From NCBI RefSeq assembly GCF_025965855.1, contig NZ_JAOPWB010000218.1, forward strand, positions 14,263 through 78,262: DNA of 64,000 nt, read 5' to 3'. Within the stretch, counting starts at the first letter, position 1. Every line of letters begins with the position of its first letter. The notes under the pieces were generated by a model. The model did not search any database. It was not told the origin of the DNA and worked only from the letters and a program-made list of their open reading frames with translations. Source of the stretch: Mycobacterium sp. (GTDB lineage Bacteria; Actinomycetota; Actinomycetes; Mycobacteriales; Mycobacteriaceae). Shown here in pieces: positions 48,697 to 58,483 of this stretch. Both the position numbers and the translations under genes were made by a program.

Positions 48697-49547
48697 CTGA
48701 TCTGCACCCCCCGCTTGCGCACCCACACCACCGCGGCGACGGTTCCCGCGATCCACACCCCTATTGCGATGGCCAGATGCACCAAGCTCTTCGTGTCGCG
48801 CCCGAACATCGGCCAGATCAATGCGGGTACCCGCGTCCACAGCAGGCGGTGCTCTACTCCGTTCATCGGGTCGGCGACGTAGTACAGCGCATAGGGCAGC
48901 GTCAGCGCCAAGATCCAGCCGCCGGTGCGGCGGCGATCGCCACGCTGCCGCCACCGCCGAATCAGCGGCTCGACGCTCACCGGGTGCAGCACCGACATGA
49001 GGTTACCGATGCCCAGCCAGGACACGATGGGCACCGCGACGGTGGGGGCCGTCACCGCCAGGCGCGCCGGCGTCTGAAACCACAGCGTGAGGGCCATCGC
49101 CGTCACCAACGTCGGCAGCCCGACGATCGCGAGCAGCGCCAGGTTCTTGATGAAGAGCAAGCGCCAGAACGGCACCCCGTCGGACAAAGCCTGTCGGACG
49201 CGGTAGTGGTCGGCGCCGAGCAGGTTGGTGGTCGTGACGTCCGCGAGGACCCACGACGAGAAGTACGTACCGACCAGCACGGCCCAGTCGTGGTGGTGGC
49301 GGCCCGGGGTCAGGGGCTGCACCAGCAACCACGCCGCGGCGAAGACGACGTTGGCCACCACCCCTGTCAGCCAGGTGCGCGGCGGCGTGAACGCCCAGCG
49401 GATCTCGGCACCAACCGCCGTCCACAGGTTTTGCTGCAAATCCTTGGCGGCCCGTTTCGCCGCCGCTGGACGAGGGGCCGTTGCACGCACCGCGGCTCGC
49501 AGCGCGGCGTCCACATGCGGACGCACCGTCGCCTGTAATTCCAACAT
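48693..49547 (-). CDS. Hypothetical multi-pass membrane protein
   Basis: About six TM segments; ADVTTTNLLGAD motif. Confidence 0.7.
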   Translation of the reverse strand: MLELQATVRPHVDAALRAAVRATAPRPAAAKRAAKDLQQNLWTAVGAEIRWAFTPPRTWLTGVVANVVFAAAWLLVQPLTPGRHHHDWAVLVGTYFSSWVLADVTTTNLLGADHYRVRQALSDGVPFWRLLFIKNLALLAIVGLPTLVTAMALTLWFQTPARLAVTAPTVAVPIVSWLGIGNLMSVLHPVSVEPLIRRWRQRGDRRRTGGWILALTLPYALYYVADPMNGVEHRLLWTRVPALIWPMFGRDTKSLVHLAIAIGVWIAGTVAAVVWVRKRGVQIR

Positions 49548-49629
49548 CTGCTCCCCCACATTAGAGCGGTAATTCGTGCGACCACCCGCTCTGCCAACGC
49601 TTTTCGCCGCGTGTCGAAGTCGATATCCC

Positions 49630-50103
49630 TTAATTGGGAGGTGCGGAGCCCGCGACCCCCGACGCCGGCCGGATAAGGCGTCTATGCAATTCCTCGGTCA
49701 GGACGTGGATCTCACGAGTGAGTTGGGTGTTCGTCTTCAGCTCCAATTCCTGGGTCTCGAAGTCATGGTCGGCGCGGGCCTGCTGGAAGGCCGACTGACG
49801 GTTCTGACCGATCATCACAAAGGTCGATAGGAAGATCGCTTCGAGTGACACGACCAGGGTCAAGGTGGGCCATGGATTGCGTTCTAGGAGCAGCATCCAT
49901 ACGCCGAACAGGACCGCATGTATCCAGACGAAGTTCATCGACCCGGCAAACGCGGTTATTCGGTCGGCCAGGCGCAGCTGAAGATCCGCGCTCCGCCTCC
50001 TGGCCTCGTCCACGACGGCCGGGTGATGCACCTGTCCGCCTCGCAGGAGCCGGCGCGGAATCAGTTGCGGGCTGTGGCGATGGGCGTCGGCCTGTGTCGT
50101 CAT
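49630..50103 (-). CDS. DUF1003-domain membrane protein
   Basis: LADRITAFAGSMNF...LTLVVSLEAIFLSTFVMIGQNR. Confidence 0.88.
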   Translation of the reverse strand: MTTQADAHRHSPQLIPRRLLRGGQVHHPAVVDEARRRSADLQLRLADRITAFAGSMNFVWIHAVLFGVWMLLLERNPWPTLTLVVSLEAIFLSTFVMIGQNRQSAFQQARADHDFETQELELKTNTQLTREIHVLTEELHRRLIRPASGVAGSAPPN

Positions 50104-50280
50104 GTGAGCCGTTCCTTTCGGGTCCGTGGCGGTACGTCGGTTGCGCGCTATCCGACGTGTTTGGGCGGGTGGAGGCGCCGCTGGCTAATGCTACTGACAC
50201 GGCTTCCGCGCGGACCAACGCCCAATGGCGCATCGGTAGAACGTGTTACAGTTTGCCCACCACGGCGGAAGGAGGCCCGC

Positions 50281-50358
50281 ATGGATGCCGTCGTACCCGG
50301 CTGGCCGGCCGAAAACTGCAGCGGCAGAAGCAGACCCATAGCGCGCCGCGCGCGATGA
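50281..50358 (+). CDS. Candidate 25-aa small ORF or leader
   Basis: TACAGT -10-like box at 50247, AAGGAGG at 50269, ATG at 50281; its TGA overlaps the next ATG. Confidence 0.3.
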   Translation: MDAVVPGWPAENCSGRSRPIARRAR

Positions 50359-51479
50359 ACCGCAAGCGCGTCGTTGTCGCCGGACTGGGAGACGTCGGTG
50401 TCCTGACCGCCATCCGCCTGGCCCGGCACGCCGACGTCGTCGGAATCTCCGTCAAACCCGCGCTGGTGAGCGGCCAGGAACTCGGCATCCGGCTCTCCCG
50501 TCCGGAGGACTGGGCCCGCGACTACTGGATCCCGTTCGACAAGTTCCGCCGTCTGGACGGGGTGCGGACCGTGCAGGCGTCGCTAACGGGGCTGGACCTC
50601 GCGGCCCGCACCGTCGTGGGCCGGCGCGAAGACGGCGCACCAATCGCCGAGGAGTACGACGCGCTGGTCATCTCGACCGGCGTCAGCAATGGCTTCTGGC
50701 GCACGCCTACCCTGCAGTCGCCCACCGAGATCGGCGCCGACCTGCACACCGCCCATGATCGGCTGGCCGCCGCGGATGCGGTGATCGTCGTGGGCGGAGG
50801 CGCGGCCGCGGTCAGCAGCGCCGTCAACATGGCCACCACCTGGCCGGACAAACGGATCGACCTGTACTTCCCGGGAGAGCGCGCTTTGGGCGAGTATCAC
50901 CCGGCGACGTGGAAGCGCATCCGGGACCGATTGATCGAACTCGGCGTGGGCCTGCACCCGGGCCACCGCGCGCGGGTCGCCGAGGGCTTCTCGGGTGACG
51001 AGATCACCGGCGAACCGGTCCACTGGAGCACCGGACAACCCCCGGCTTCCGCCGACGCCGTGCTCTGGGCGATAGGCCGGGTGCGACCCAACACCGATTG
51101 GCTGCCGCCGGAACTCCTCGATGAACGCGGGTTCGTTCGCGTGACACCGCAGCTGCGGGTGCCCGGTCATCGGCATGTTTACGCGGTCGGGGACGCCGCG
51201 GCCACCGACCCGCTTCGCAGTTCCGCCCGCAATCGGGGGGATGCGCTGGTAGCCCGCAACATTCGCGCCGAGTTCGCGGGCCGCGAGCTGCGCAGCTTCC
51301 GGACACCGGGGCGGCGGTGGGGTTCGTTGGTGGGTACCCAGCCCAACGGGCTGGAGGTCTTCTTCGCCACCGGCCATTCGCTCCGGTTCCCGTCATGGTC
51401 GGTCGAACGGGTGGTGATGCCGTGGGTCGTCAGGTGGGGCATGTATCGCGGGGTGCGCGAAAACCAGCCGCTCCGATAG
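50355..51479 (+). CDS. FAD/NAD(P)-dependent oxidoreductase (pyridine nucleotide-disulfide/AIF-like)
   Basis: VAGLGDVG, VGGGAAA, VYAVGD. Confidence 0.85.
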   Translation: MNRKRVVVAGLGDVGVLTAIRLARHADVVGISVKPALVSGQELGIRLSRPEDWARDYWIPFDKFRRLDGVRTVQASLTGLDLAARTVVGRREDGAPIAEEYDALVISTGVSNGFWRTPTLQSPTEIGADLHTAHDRLAAADAVIVVGGGAAAVSSAVNMATTWPDKRIDLYFPGERALGEYHPATWKRIRDRLIELGVGLHPGHRARVAEGFSGDEITGEPVHWSTGQPPASADAVLWAIGRVRPNTDWLPPELLDERGFVRVTPQLRVPGHRHVYAVGDAAATDPLRSSARNRGDALVARNIRAEFAGRELRSFRTPGRRWGSLVGTQPNGLEVFFATGHSLRFPSWSVERVVMPWVVRWGMYRGVRENQPLR

Positions 51480-51496
51480 CGGCCAGTGGTGAGGGC

Positions 51497-52215
51497 TCAG
51501 CTCTTGATCGACCCGGTTCGCTTGTTGGTAAACGTTGCGACGCACACCATCTCGCGGTCACCGCGCTGCCACGAATCTCGCGTGGGAGGCATGATCGCCA
51601 AGTCGACGTCCGGATCCAGCACCGCCATGGGCGAATACGACGCCAGCGAGTCCTTACACTTCTTGCCGTACGTACCGAATCCGGACTCGCCCGGGAACGG
51701 TCCGTCGGGAACGGTCACGACCCCGGACACCTCCGCCGCGTGGGGTCGGTCGCAGCTGACGGTGTCCACCGAGGAGATCCGGTTTCCGGTTGGCAGCTCG
51801 GCGAAGCAGTCCCCGACCTTGTTGTCCCGGGCGCTGACCGTCTGAGTCGGCGACAGGGCGAGCGCAGCGATGGCGACGGCGATGCGACCGCCCAAACGCC
51901 GGATAGCACGAGCCCGCCGATTGCCAGTCCCCGGCCGCGCTGCCCGCCGGGTTTCGTTTTTCCCAGAGCGATAAGGCCGAAAATGACGCTGAGCACAATT
52001 CCACCCACGGCGCCGAACACCAGTGACGCGATGGCAAATCCGCTGGTGCTCTGGCCCCGCGGCGGCGGTGCGTACCCTGGCGGCGGGTAGGGCGCGGGGT
52101 AGGGACTCGGCGGGTACGGCCCCGCGGGGTAGGGCCCCGGGTAAGGCGGCGGGTATCCACCCCCAGGTGGCGGTTGGTACGGGGGTGGCGCTCCTCGGCC
52201 CATCGGATGCGACAT
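51497..52215 (-). pseudogene. Pro-rich DUF4190 + septum-formation-like domain protein, frameshifted near 51885
   Basis: DUF4190 segment (TSGFAIASLVFG..GLIAL..GRGLAIGGLV) in ORF 51715-52215; the rest of the TM and the VGDC..VSCDRPH.AEV..C domain continue in ORF 51497-52222. Confidence 0.72.
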
Positions 52216-52250
52216 GCCTCACTGTACGGCCGTCGGCTACGCTACCGCTT

Positions 52251-52310
52251 CGCGAGCGTAACGTGGTGGCGATTTTTCGCGTGGATTTTCGCCGTGGCGT
52301 TACGCCCGCG
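52251..52310. repeat. 60-bp REP-like hairpin
   Basis: CGCGAGCGTAACG...CGTTACGCCCGCG (12/13) with inner GGCGATTTTTCGC/GATTTTCGCC. Confidence 0.7.
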
Positions 52311-52341
52311 GCGGCTTAGGGCCGCGGCGGATCAAAGTGCC

Positions 52342-54243
52342 CTAATCGCCGGTGCGCGTGAATGTTTCGTCATAGTCCACGCTCCGTTGGCAGTCGGGCC
52401 GGCCCGACGACTCGTCGAGGTGATCGTGGCCGACGAGCTGCGTGATGGGATCCTGTGGTGGTTGCGGCAGCGCATACTGCCCGGTGGTTCTCGCGTAGAC
52501 CGCCCCGCCACAGCTTGGATCGTTGTCGTCGTGCTCGACGTGCAAGGTCCAGTTTCCGCCGTCATACACCAGCGGTGTATCAAGCGTTTTCGAGTGGAAA
52601 TAGCTCATGCACCGGTCGCCGGTGCGCAGGCAGTCGGTAATGACGGCCTGGTCCGCCTGCTGTGCGGGGATCCCTCTTTTGAACCTTCGCGTGGCGTGGT
52701 AGCGGCCGTGCAGCGCTTCGGCCGCCGACCCCACCCGCGGCGGTAGGGTGCTCGGGTCGGGGAGCCTAGTGATGTCGACGTCTCCGGAGCGGCTGAAGGT
52801 CACTGTCCGCCTTTCGTTGCAGGCGTTGGCCGAAGCCCCGCGATATTCGCCGGCGAGGGTGCCGTCCGGCCGCGCCTGAAGCGTCAACACCTGCCACACT
52901 TCGGCCGGGGTGTCTCGGCACTTGTCCGAGCTGAGGGTCACAGCCACCCAGCGCCCGTCTATCTCGTCGAAAACCGCGCTCGATGCGAGCCGCAGCTCGC
53001 CGCCGACGCGTTGCGCGGTCGCCCGGCAACCGGTCGGTCCGCATTCCGAGCGGACGTCGTACGTGTCCATTTCCGGACCCGCACCCGGACCCGGGACGTC
53101 GTCGAGGGTGGTGCCCTGGCCGAAGTGCACACGGTAGACACCGGTGAAGGGTCCGGTGTTCGGCGCCGCGGCCGCGGTATTTCCGGGCGCGGCGGCGGGA
53201 TTGTTCGCCGCGGTGCGGCCCGGGTCGTGGTGCCGGAGGAGTTTCACGCCCGCGAAGACACCACCGGCGACGACGAGCAAGGCGATGCCCGCCAGCGCGC
53301 CGATCAGCGCCCGGGGACGGCGCCGAGGCCGCATCGCGGGGATGGTTGCGTCGATCGCAGGTTGGGTGTCCGGGAAGGCGACGTCACCGTGCTGGCCGAA
53401 GCCCGGACCCAGCTCCCGGGCCAGTTGGTCGGCGAATTCCCGGCAGCTGCCGAACCGTTCGGATGGCTCCTTGGCCATCGCGGTGGCAAACACGGAATCC
53501 AGCGCGGCGAGCTCCGGCCGGCGGGCACCGATCGAGGGCGGGGCGGCGCCGATGTGCTGGCTGATCACCACGGCGGGGTTCGAGTCGGCGTATGGCGGCG
53601 CCCCGGTCAGCATGTGAAACGCGGTGCAGGCCAACGCATATTGATCGGCGCGCCCGTCGACCGGCTCGCCCTTCAACTGCTCGGGCGCGACATAGGCCAC
53701 CGTGCCGACCGTCATGTTGGTCGCGGTCAGTCCGGTCGCGTCATCGATGTGGCGCGCGAGCCCGAAGTCGGCGAGGTAAACCCGCCGCGCCTGACCGTCG
53801 GGGTCGGTCAACAAAATGTTGGCCGGCTTGACGTCGCGGTGCAGCAACCCTCGGCCGTGCGCGTAATCCAGCGCCGAGCCGACCGCCGTAATGATCGCCA
53901 CCACCTCTTCGAGTGGCATCCCGCCCGGGTGGCTTTCGCGCAACAGCCGGCCCGCATCGGTGCCGGCCACGTAATCCATCGAGATCCAGAACCGGCCATC
54001 CTCTTGGCCGCGGTCATGGATGGTGACGATGTGCGGATGAGACAACCCGGCGGCCAACTCGGCCTCACGCATGAAGCGGCCCCGAAACTCCGGATCGCCG
54101 GTCAGCTCCGCGGGCAGGACCTTCAGCGCATCCTCGCGCGGCAATCGTGGATGCGCCGCCAGGTACACCTGCCCCATCCCGCCCGCGCCCAACTCCCGCA
54201 CGATCTTGAACCCGGCAAACACCTGACCGCTCTCGAGCGACAT
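52342..54243 (-). CDS. Transmembrane Ser/Thr kinase with a PknI-like ectodomain (copy A)
   Basis: [21 protein letters not shown]; TM helix; Cys-containing ectodomain ending FTRTGD. Confidence 0.92.
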   Translation of the reverse strand: MSLESGQVFAGFKIVRELGAGGMGQVYLAAHPRLPREDALKVLPAELTGDPEFRGRFMREAELAAGLSHPHIVTIHDRGQEDGRFWISMDYVAGTDAGRLLRESHPGGMPLEEVVAIITAVGSALDYAHGRGLLHRDVKPANILLTDPDGQARRVYLADFGLARHIDDATGLTATNMTVGTVAYVAPEQLKGEPVDGRADQYALACTAFHMLTGAPPYADSNPAVVISQHIGAAPPSIGARRPELAALDSVFATAMAKEPSERFGSCREFADQLARELGPGFGQHGDVAFPDTQPAIDATIPAMRPRRRPRALIGALAGIALLVVAGGVFAGVKLLRHHDPGRTAANNPAAAPGNTAAAAPNTGPFTGVYRVHFGQGTTLDDVPGPGAGPEMDTYDVRSECGPTGCRATAQRVGGELRLASSAVFDEIDGRWVAVTLSSDKCRDTPAEVWQVLTLQARPDGTLAGEYRGASANACNERRTVTFSRSGDVDITRLPDPSTLPPRVGSAAEALHGRYHATRRFKRGIPAQQADQAVITDCLRTGDRCMSYFHSKTLDTPLVYDGGNWTLHVEHDDNDPSCGGAVYARTTGQYALPQPPQDPITQLVGHDHLDESSGRPDCQRSVDYDETFTRTGD

Positions 54244-54258
54244 GGCCAAATCGTAGAT
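54241..54258 (-). promoter_or_regulatory. Putative leaderless promoter of kinase A
   Basis: ATCTACGAT-TTGGCC-ATG: TANNNT box 6 nt before the ATG; identical 18-mer at 56141-56158. Confidence 0.6.
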
Positions 54259-54319
54259 GCTGAAGCCGCAGCCGCACCCGCAATTCGCCCCGGACACGAC
54301 TCGCTGCCGCGCCTTCCCC

Positions 54320-56143
54320 CTAATCGCCGGTGCGCGTGAAGGTTTCGTCGAAGTCCGTGTTGAGCGCGCACGGCGCGGTCTGTTCCTGGTGAGCGCGGCC
54401 GGTGAGCTTCGCGATCGGATCCCCCGGCGGTTGAGGGAGCGGATACTGCCCGCTGGATTTCATGTGCGCTGTGTCGCCGGAATGCGGGCACGTGATGTCG
54501 GCGTCGACGTTCCAGGTCCAGCGTCCGCCTCCGAATACCAGCGGTTGGTCGGCCGATGGTTCGTGGAAGTAGCTCATGCAGCGATCACCGGTGCGCAGGC
54601 AGTCGGTCCCGACAGCGGTGTTCAACTGCTGCTGTGGGAGCCCGTTCGTGAAAGTCCGCATCAGGCGGTAGTGACCGCGCAGCCCCTGGGCCGGCGACAC
54701 CACCCGCGGCGGTTGGGTGCCCGGGTCGGGAAGGCTGTTGACGTCGACGTCGCCGGTTCGGGTGAAGGACACGGTGCGCTTGTTGGCGCAGGCGTTGGCG
54801 GCAGTCGTGGTGTACTCGCCGCCGAGGCCGCCGTCGGGGCGGGGGCGCAGCGTGAACACCTGCCAGAATTCCGCGGCTGCCTCGCGGCACTTATCCGGCC
54901 CGACGGTGACCGCCACCCAGGTCCCGCCGATCTGGTCGAACACCATCGTCGGTTGAGCGACGGTTTCCCCGCCAAGGCGGGACGCCGTCATTACGCAGCC
55001 GGCGGGGCGGCACACCGAGCGCAGCCCGTACGTGCTCGTCAGCGCGGGTGGCGCGCCGGCATCCGGGACGTCGTCGAGGGCGGTGACCGGCCCGAACTCG
55101 GCCCGATAGGTGCCCGTGACGGGACCCGCGGGCGGGGCCGGGTTGTGCTGTCCGGTGAGCTTCAGGGTCGCGACGACGCCGGCCGCGACGAGCGACGCGA
55201 TGCCCGCCAGGGCGGCGATGAGGACAGCGGGGCGGCGGGCCAGTTTCGGCCGCTGCAACGCAAGCACGGTCGCATCCAACGCCGGCTGGGGATGCGAGGG
55301 TGCCGCGCTGAGCTGCCGACCCAATTCCTGGGCGAACTCCCCGCAGCTGTTGAACCGGCCGGCAGGGTCCTTGGCCATCGCGGTGGCAAACACGGGATCC
55401 AGGCCCGTCAACTCCGGCCGGTGGGCACCGATCGACGGCGGCGGGGCGCTGACGTGTTGGCCGATGACGACCGCGAGGTTGGGGCCACCGTACGGCGGCG
55501 CGCCGGCCAGCAGGTGAAATGCGGTGCACGCCAAGGCATATTGATCGGCGCGGCCGTCGACGGACCCGGCCATCAACTGCTCGGGCGCCGCGTAGGCCAC
55601 CGTGCCCACCGCCATCTTCGTCGTGGTCAGCCCCGCCGCATCATCGACGCGTCGCGCGATGCCGAAGTCGGCCAAGAAAATTCGGCGCGGCTGGCCATCC
55701 GAATCGGTGAGGAGAATGTTGGCCGGCTTCACATCGCGGTGCAGCAAGCCTCGATGGTGGGCGTAATCGAGCGCCGACGCGACCGCGGTAACGATCGCCA
55801 TCGCGTCCTCGACCGGCATCCCGCCCGGGAATTGCTCACCCAACAAACGGGCCACATCGGTGCCGGCCACGTATTCCATCGAGATCCAGAACTGGCCTTC
55901 ATATTCACCGCGGTCGTGGATCCCCACGATGTGTGGATGAGACAGCCCGGCGGCCAACTCCGCTTCCCGCTCGAATCGCTCCCGGTACTGGAGATCGGCG
56001 GTGACTTCGGTCGGCAACACCTTGAGCGCGTCCTCGCGCGGCAACCGTGGGTGCCGGGCCAGGTACACCCGGCCCATGCCGCCAGAGCCCAGCACCCGCA
56101 GGATGGTGTATCCCGCAAACACCCGGCCGGTCTCAAGCGACAT
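54320..56143 (-). CDS. Transmembrane Ser/Thr kinase with a PknI-like ectodomain (copy B)
   Basis: [21 protein letters not shown]; close paralog of 52342-54243. Confidence 0.92.
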   Translation of the reverse strand: MSLETGRVFAGYTILRVLGSGGMGRVYLARHPRLPREDALKVLPTEVTADLQYRERFEREAELAAGLSHPHIVGIHDRGEYEGQFWISMEYVAGTDVARLLGEQFPGGMPVEDAMAIVTAVASALDYAHHRGLLHRDVKPANILLTDSDGQPRRIFLADFGIARRVDDAAGLTTTKMAVGTVAYAAPEQLMAGSVDGRADQYALACTAFHLLAGAPPYGGPNLAVVIGQHVSAPPPSIGAHRPELTGLDPVFATAMAKDPAGRFNSCGEFAQELGRQLSAAPSHPQPALDATVLALQRPKLARRPAVLIAALAGIASLVAAGVVATLKLTGQHNPAPPAGPVTGTYRAEFGPVTALDDVPDAGAPPALTSTYGLRSVCRPAGCVMTASRLGGETVAQPTMVFDQIGGTWVAVTVGPDKCREAAAEFWQVFTLRPRPDGGLGGEYTTTAANACANKRTVSFTRTGDVDVNSLPDPGTQPPRVVSPAQGLRGHYRLMRTFTNGLPQQQLNTAVGTDCLRTGDRCMSYFHEPSADQPLVFGGGRWTWNVDADITCPHSGDTAHMKSSGQYPLPQPPGDPIAKLTGRAHQEQTAPCALNTDFDETFTRTGD

Positions 56144-56158
56144 GGCCAAATCGTAGAT
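56141..56158 (-). promoter_or_regulatory. Putative leaderless promoter of kinase B
   Basis: Same 18-mer as 54241-54258. Confidence 0.6.
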
Positions 56159-56173
56159 CCAGTCAGTCGCGCG

Positions 56174-57661
56174 TCAGGCGCTGTTGAGCAGGAGCATGAG
56201 CCCGTAGTCCATGTGGATCTGCTGATGGCAGTGCAGCAGCGACAGGCCGGGTTGGTCGGCGACGAAGTCGATCTCCATGCTCTGGTAACCGCCGAGCATC
56301 GCGACGTCCTTGCGCACGCCGGCGGTCGGCGTGCCGGCGACGCGGGTGATTTCAAAGGTGTGCCGGTGCAGGTGCATCGGGTGCAGGTCGTCGGCGGCGT
56401 TGCGGAAGCGCAGCCGATAGCGCTTGTCCCGCTGCAAATTGAGCACGGGCTGATTGCTGTCCATCGAAAACGCCGTGCCGTTGATCGTCCAGACGTTGAA
56501 GCCGTTGTCGGCGGCGTTGCGCTTCTCGATCAGCATCTCGATGGTTCGATCGGGCGGCGGCACGGGCGCGGGGCCGGGTGACGCGAACAGCCGGTAATCC
56601 CACTTGAACGGCGGGGGCGCCGCCCATTGCGGGTCGCCGCCGCGCCCGGCGTATTCCACGACCGCGCCCATTCCGTGGCCACGGTCGTCGTCGGAAAGGT
56701 CGCCCAGCACCCACACGCCCGGGTTCGTCATGTTGACGAACGCCGAAATGCGCTCGGCCGCACCGAGCCACAGCACCGGCACCGGCACCGGATTGGGCAC
56801 CGGGTTGCCGTCCAGCGCGATCACGTTGAAGGTATGGCCGGGCAAGGCCAGACTGCGGGTTTCGGTGGCGCTGCCGTTGAGGACATGCAACAGCACCCGT
56901 TGACCGGGTTGGACGCGGATGGGGTCGCCGTGGCCGAGCATGCGCCCGTTGACGGCGAATGCCGCGTAACCGACCTCGTAGCCATGTGGGTCGCCGCGGC
57001 CCAGCGAGGCCGTCATCGACGACTCGCCCTTCTCCTTGAGGTCGGGGTCCTGCTCGCCGGGCAGGAAATCGCTGGCCATGTCGCCCCCGCGGCTGAAACT
57101 GGGCTCGAATTCTTTGAGCGTCAAGAAGATCTCTTGGTCGTAGGCGCCCGGGCTCTGCTTGGGTTCGATGTAGACCGGGCCGACCAGGCCGCTGTACTGG
57201 CCGCGGGACAGATCGGCCCGCGGCACGACGTGGGTGTGATAGAAGCGGAAGCCCGACGGGCCCGGGACAAACGAAATGCGCCGCATACCGTGTGCCGGGA
57301 CGTAGGGCGTTCCCTCCTCGGCCGCGCCGTCGACGTCGACGCCCACCTGCTGTCCGTGCCAGTGCAGCTGCTCGGGGGAATCGGTGTCGTTGAAGATGTC
57401 CACCCACGTCCGTTGCCCCTCTTTGAACCGCAGCAGCGGGCCCGGGAACTGGCCGTTGTAGGTCAGGGTCGACGCGATGTGGTCCGGCGCCAACTCCACC
57501 GTTCCGGTGCCGATCCGCAGGGTGTAGTCGGGCCTGCCGTTGGGCGGGGCGGGCGGCGCGGTCCGCGAACAGGCCGCCGCGACGCCGGCGCCCCCGCTCG
57601 CGGTCATCAAGGCCAGCCCACTGCCTTGGAGGAATCGACGCCGGTCGAACGGCATGATCAT
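56174..57661 (-). CDS. Multicopper oxidase, Tat-exported lipoprotein
   Basis: DRRRFLQ twin-arginine motif, VAAAC lipobox; copper motifs HWHG, FYHTH, HPMHLH, HCHQQIH. Confidence 0.93.
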   Translation of the reverse strand: MIMPFDRRRFLQGSGLALMTASGGAGVAAACSRTAPPAPPNGRPDYTLRIGTGTVELAPDHIASTLTYNGQFPGPLLRFKEGQRTWVDIFNDTDSPEQLHWHGQQVGVDVDGAAEEGTPYVPAHGMRRISFVPGPSGFRFYHTHVVPRADLSRGQYSGLVGPVYIEPKQSPGAYDQEIFLTLKEFEPSFSRGGDMASDFLPGEQDPDLKEKGESSMTASLGRGDPHGYEVGYAAFAVNGRMLGHGDPIRVQPGQRVLLHVLNGSATETRSLALPGHTFNVIALDGNPVPNPVPVPVLWLGAAERISAFVNMTNPGVWVLGDLSDDDRGHGMGAVVEYAGRGGDPQWAAPPPFKWDYRLFASPGPAPVPPPDRTIEMLIEKRNAADNGFNVWTINGTAFSMDSNQPVLNLQRDKRYRLRFRNAADDLHPMHLHRHTFEITRVAGTPTAGVRKDVAMLGGYQSMEIDFVADQPGLSLLHCHQQIHMDYGLMLLLNSA

Positions 57662-58425
57662 CGCTCCCGAGGGGACGGGTGGAGAGCGAGAACGGGCAGC
57701 AGGAATTCGATGCGTTCATTCAGTTCGGCTGCCACGCGCCGAAATTCGGGGTAACTCGCCCTACCGGCGGCGACCGACGGGTCGGGCAGGCTCCAATGCA
57801 TCGCCGTGGCCACGCCATGGTCGCGGGCGTATTCGCGGACCTTGTCGCACAACGTGATCACGCAATCGAAGCGCCGACGGGCGACCGCGGCCAACGGCCG
57901 TGGCCGGCTGCCACCAAGGTCAATTCCGTACAGGTCACGCATGATCCGTACCGCGTTGGGATGTATCTGCGGTTTGGGATGACTGCCCGCGCTTGCGGCA
58001 CGGATGCGACCCCGCGTCTTCTCCCGCAGCAGCGCCTCGGCCATCGGCGAGCGCGCGCTATTGCCGGAACATAAAAACAGCACCGACCGGGCCTCGGATC
58101 GCACCGCCGGCTCGGCCTTGGGCACGGGCGCGAGCGCGGGGTGCAATGCGGTTGCCGCCCCGGCGAATTCCGCCGCGCACCTCGTCAAGTCCAGGTGGTA
58201 GTAGGTGTCGCGGGCATCGAAATTGCTGCGCCGCGCGTCGATGAGCCCCGCCAAGCGCAAGAGCCGCAGGTGGTACGAGACCAGGTTTTGCGGCTCGTCG
58301 ATGGCGGTGGCCAATTCCCGTACCCGGTGGTCGCCGGCCGCCAGTTCGGCCAGCAGCGCCCAGCGCACCGGGTGCGACGCCATCTGCATCAGCGGCGGAA
58401 CCACCGCCCGCTCGATTGCCGCCAC
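57658..58425 (-). CDS. ArsR-type HTH fused to an LMW-PTP/ArsC domain
   Basis: HPVRWALLAEL..HRVRELA..PQNLVSYHLRLLR; FLCSGNSARS (CX5R); HWSLPDP. Confidence 0.88.
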   Translation of the reverse strand: MAAIERAVVPPLMQMASHPVRWALLAELAAGDHRVRELATAIDEPQNLVSYHLRLLRLAGLIDARRSNFDARDTYYHLDLTRCAAEFAGAATALHPALAPVPKAEPAVRSEARSVLFLCSGNSARSPMAEALLREKTRGRIRAASAGSHPKPQIHPNAVRIMRDLYGIDLGGSRPRPLAAVARRRFDCVITLCDKVREYARDHGVATAMHWSLPDPSVAAGRASYPEFRRVAAELNERIEFLLPVLALHPSPRER

Positions 58426-58439
58426 CCTTCGGACAATAC

Positions 58440-58455
58440 ATCAAACAAGTTTGAT
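58440..58455. promoter_or_regulatory. Perfect palindrome in the ArsR-fusion/permease divergent spacer
   Basis: ATCAAAC-AA-GTTTGAT (7-2-7). Confidence 0.7.
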
Positions 58456-58483
58456 AGGTTGGCGTGCGCGATAAGGAGACCGA

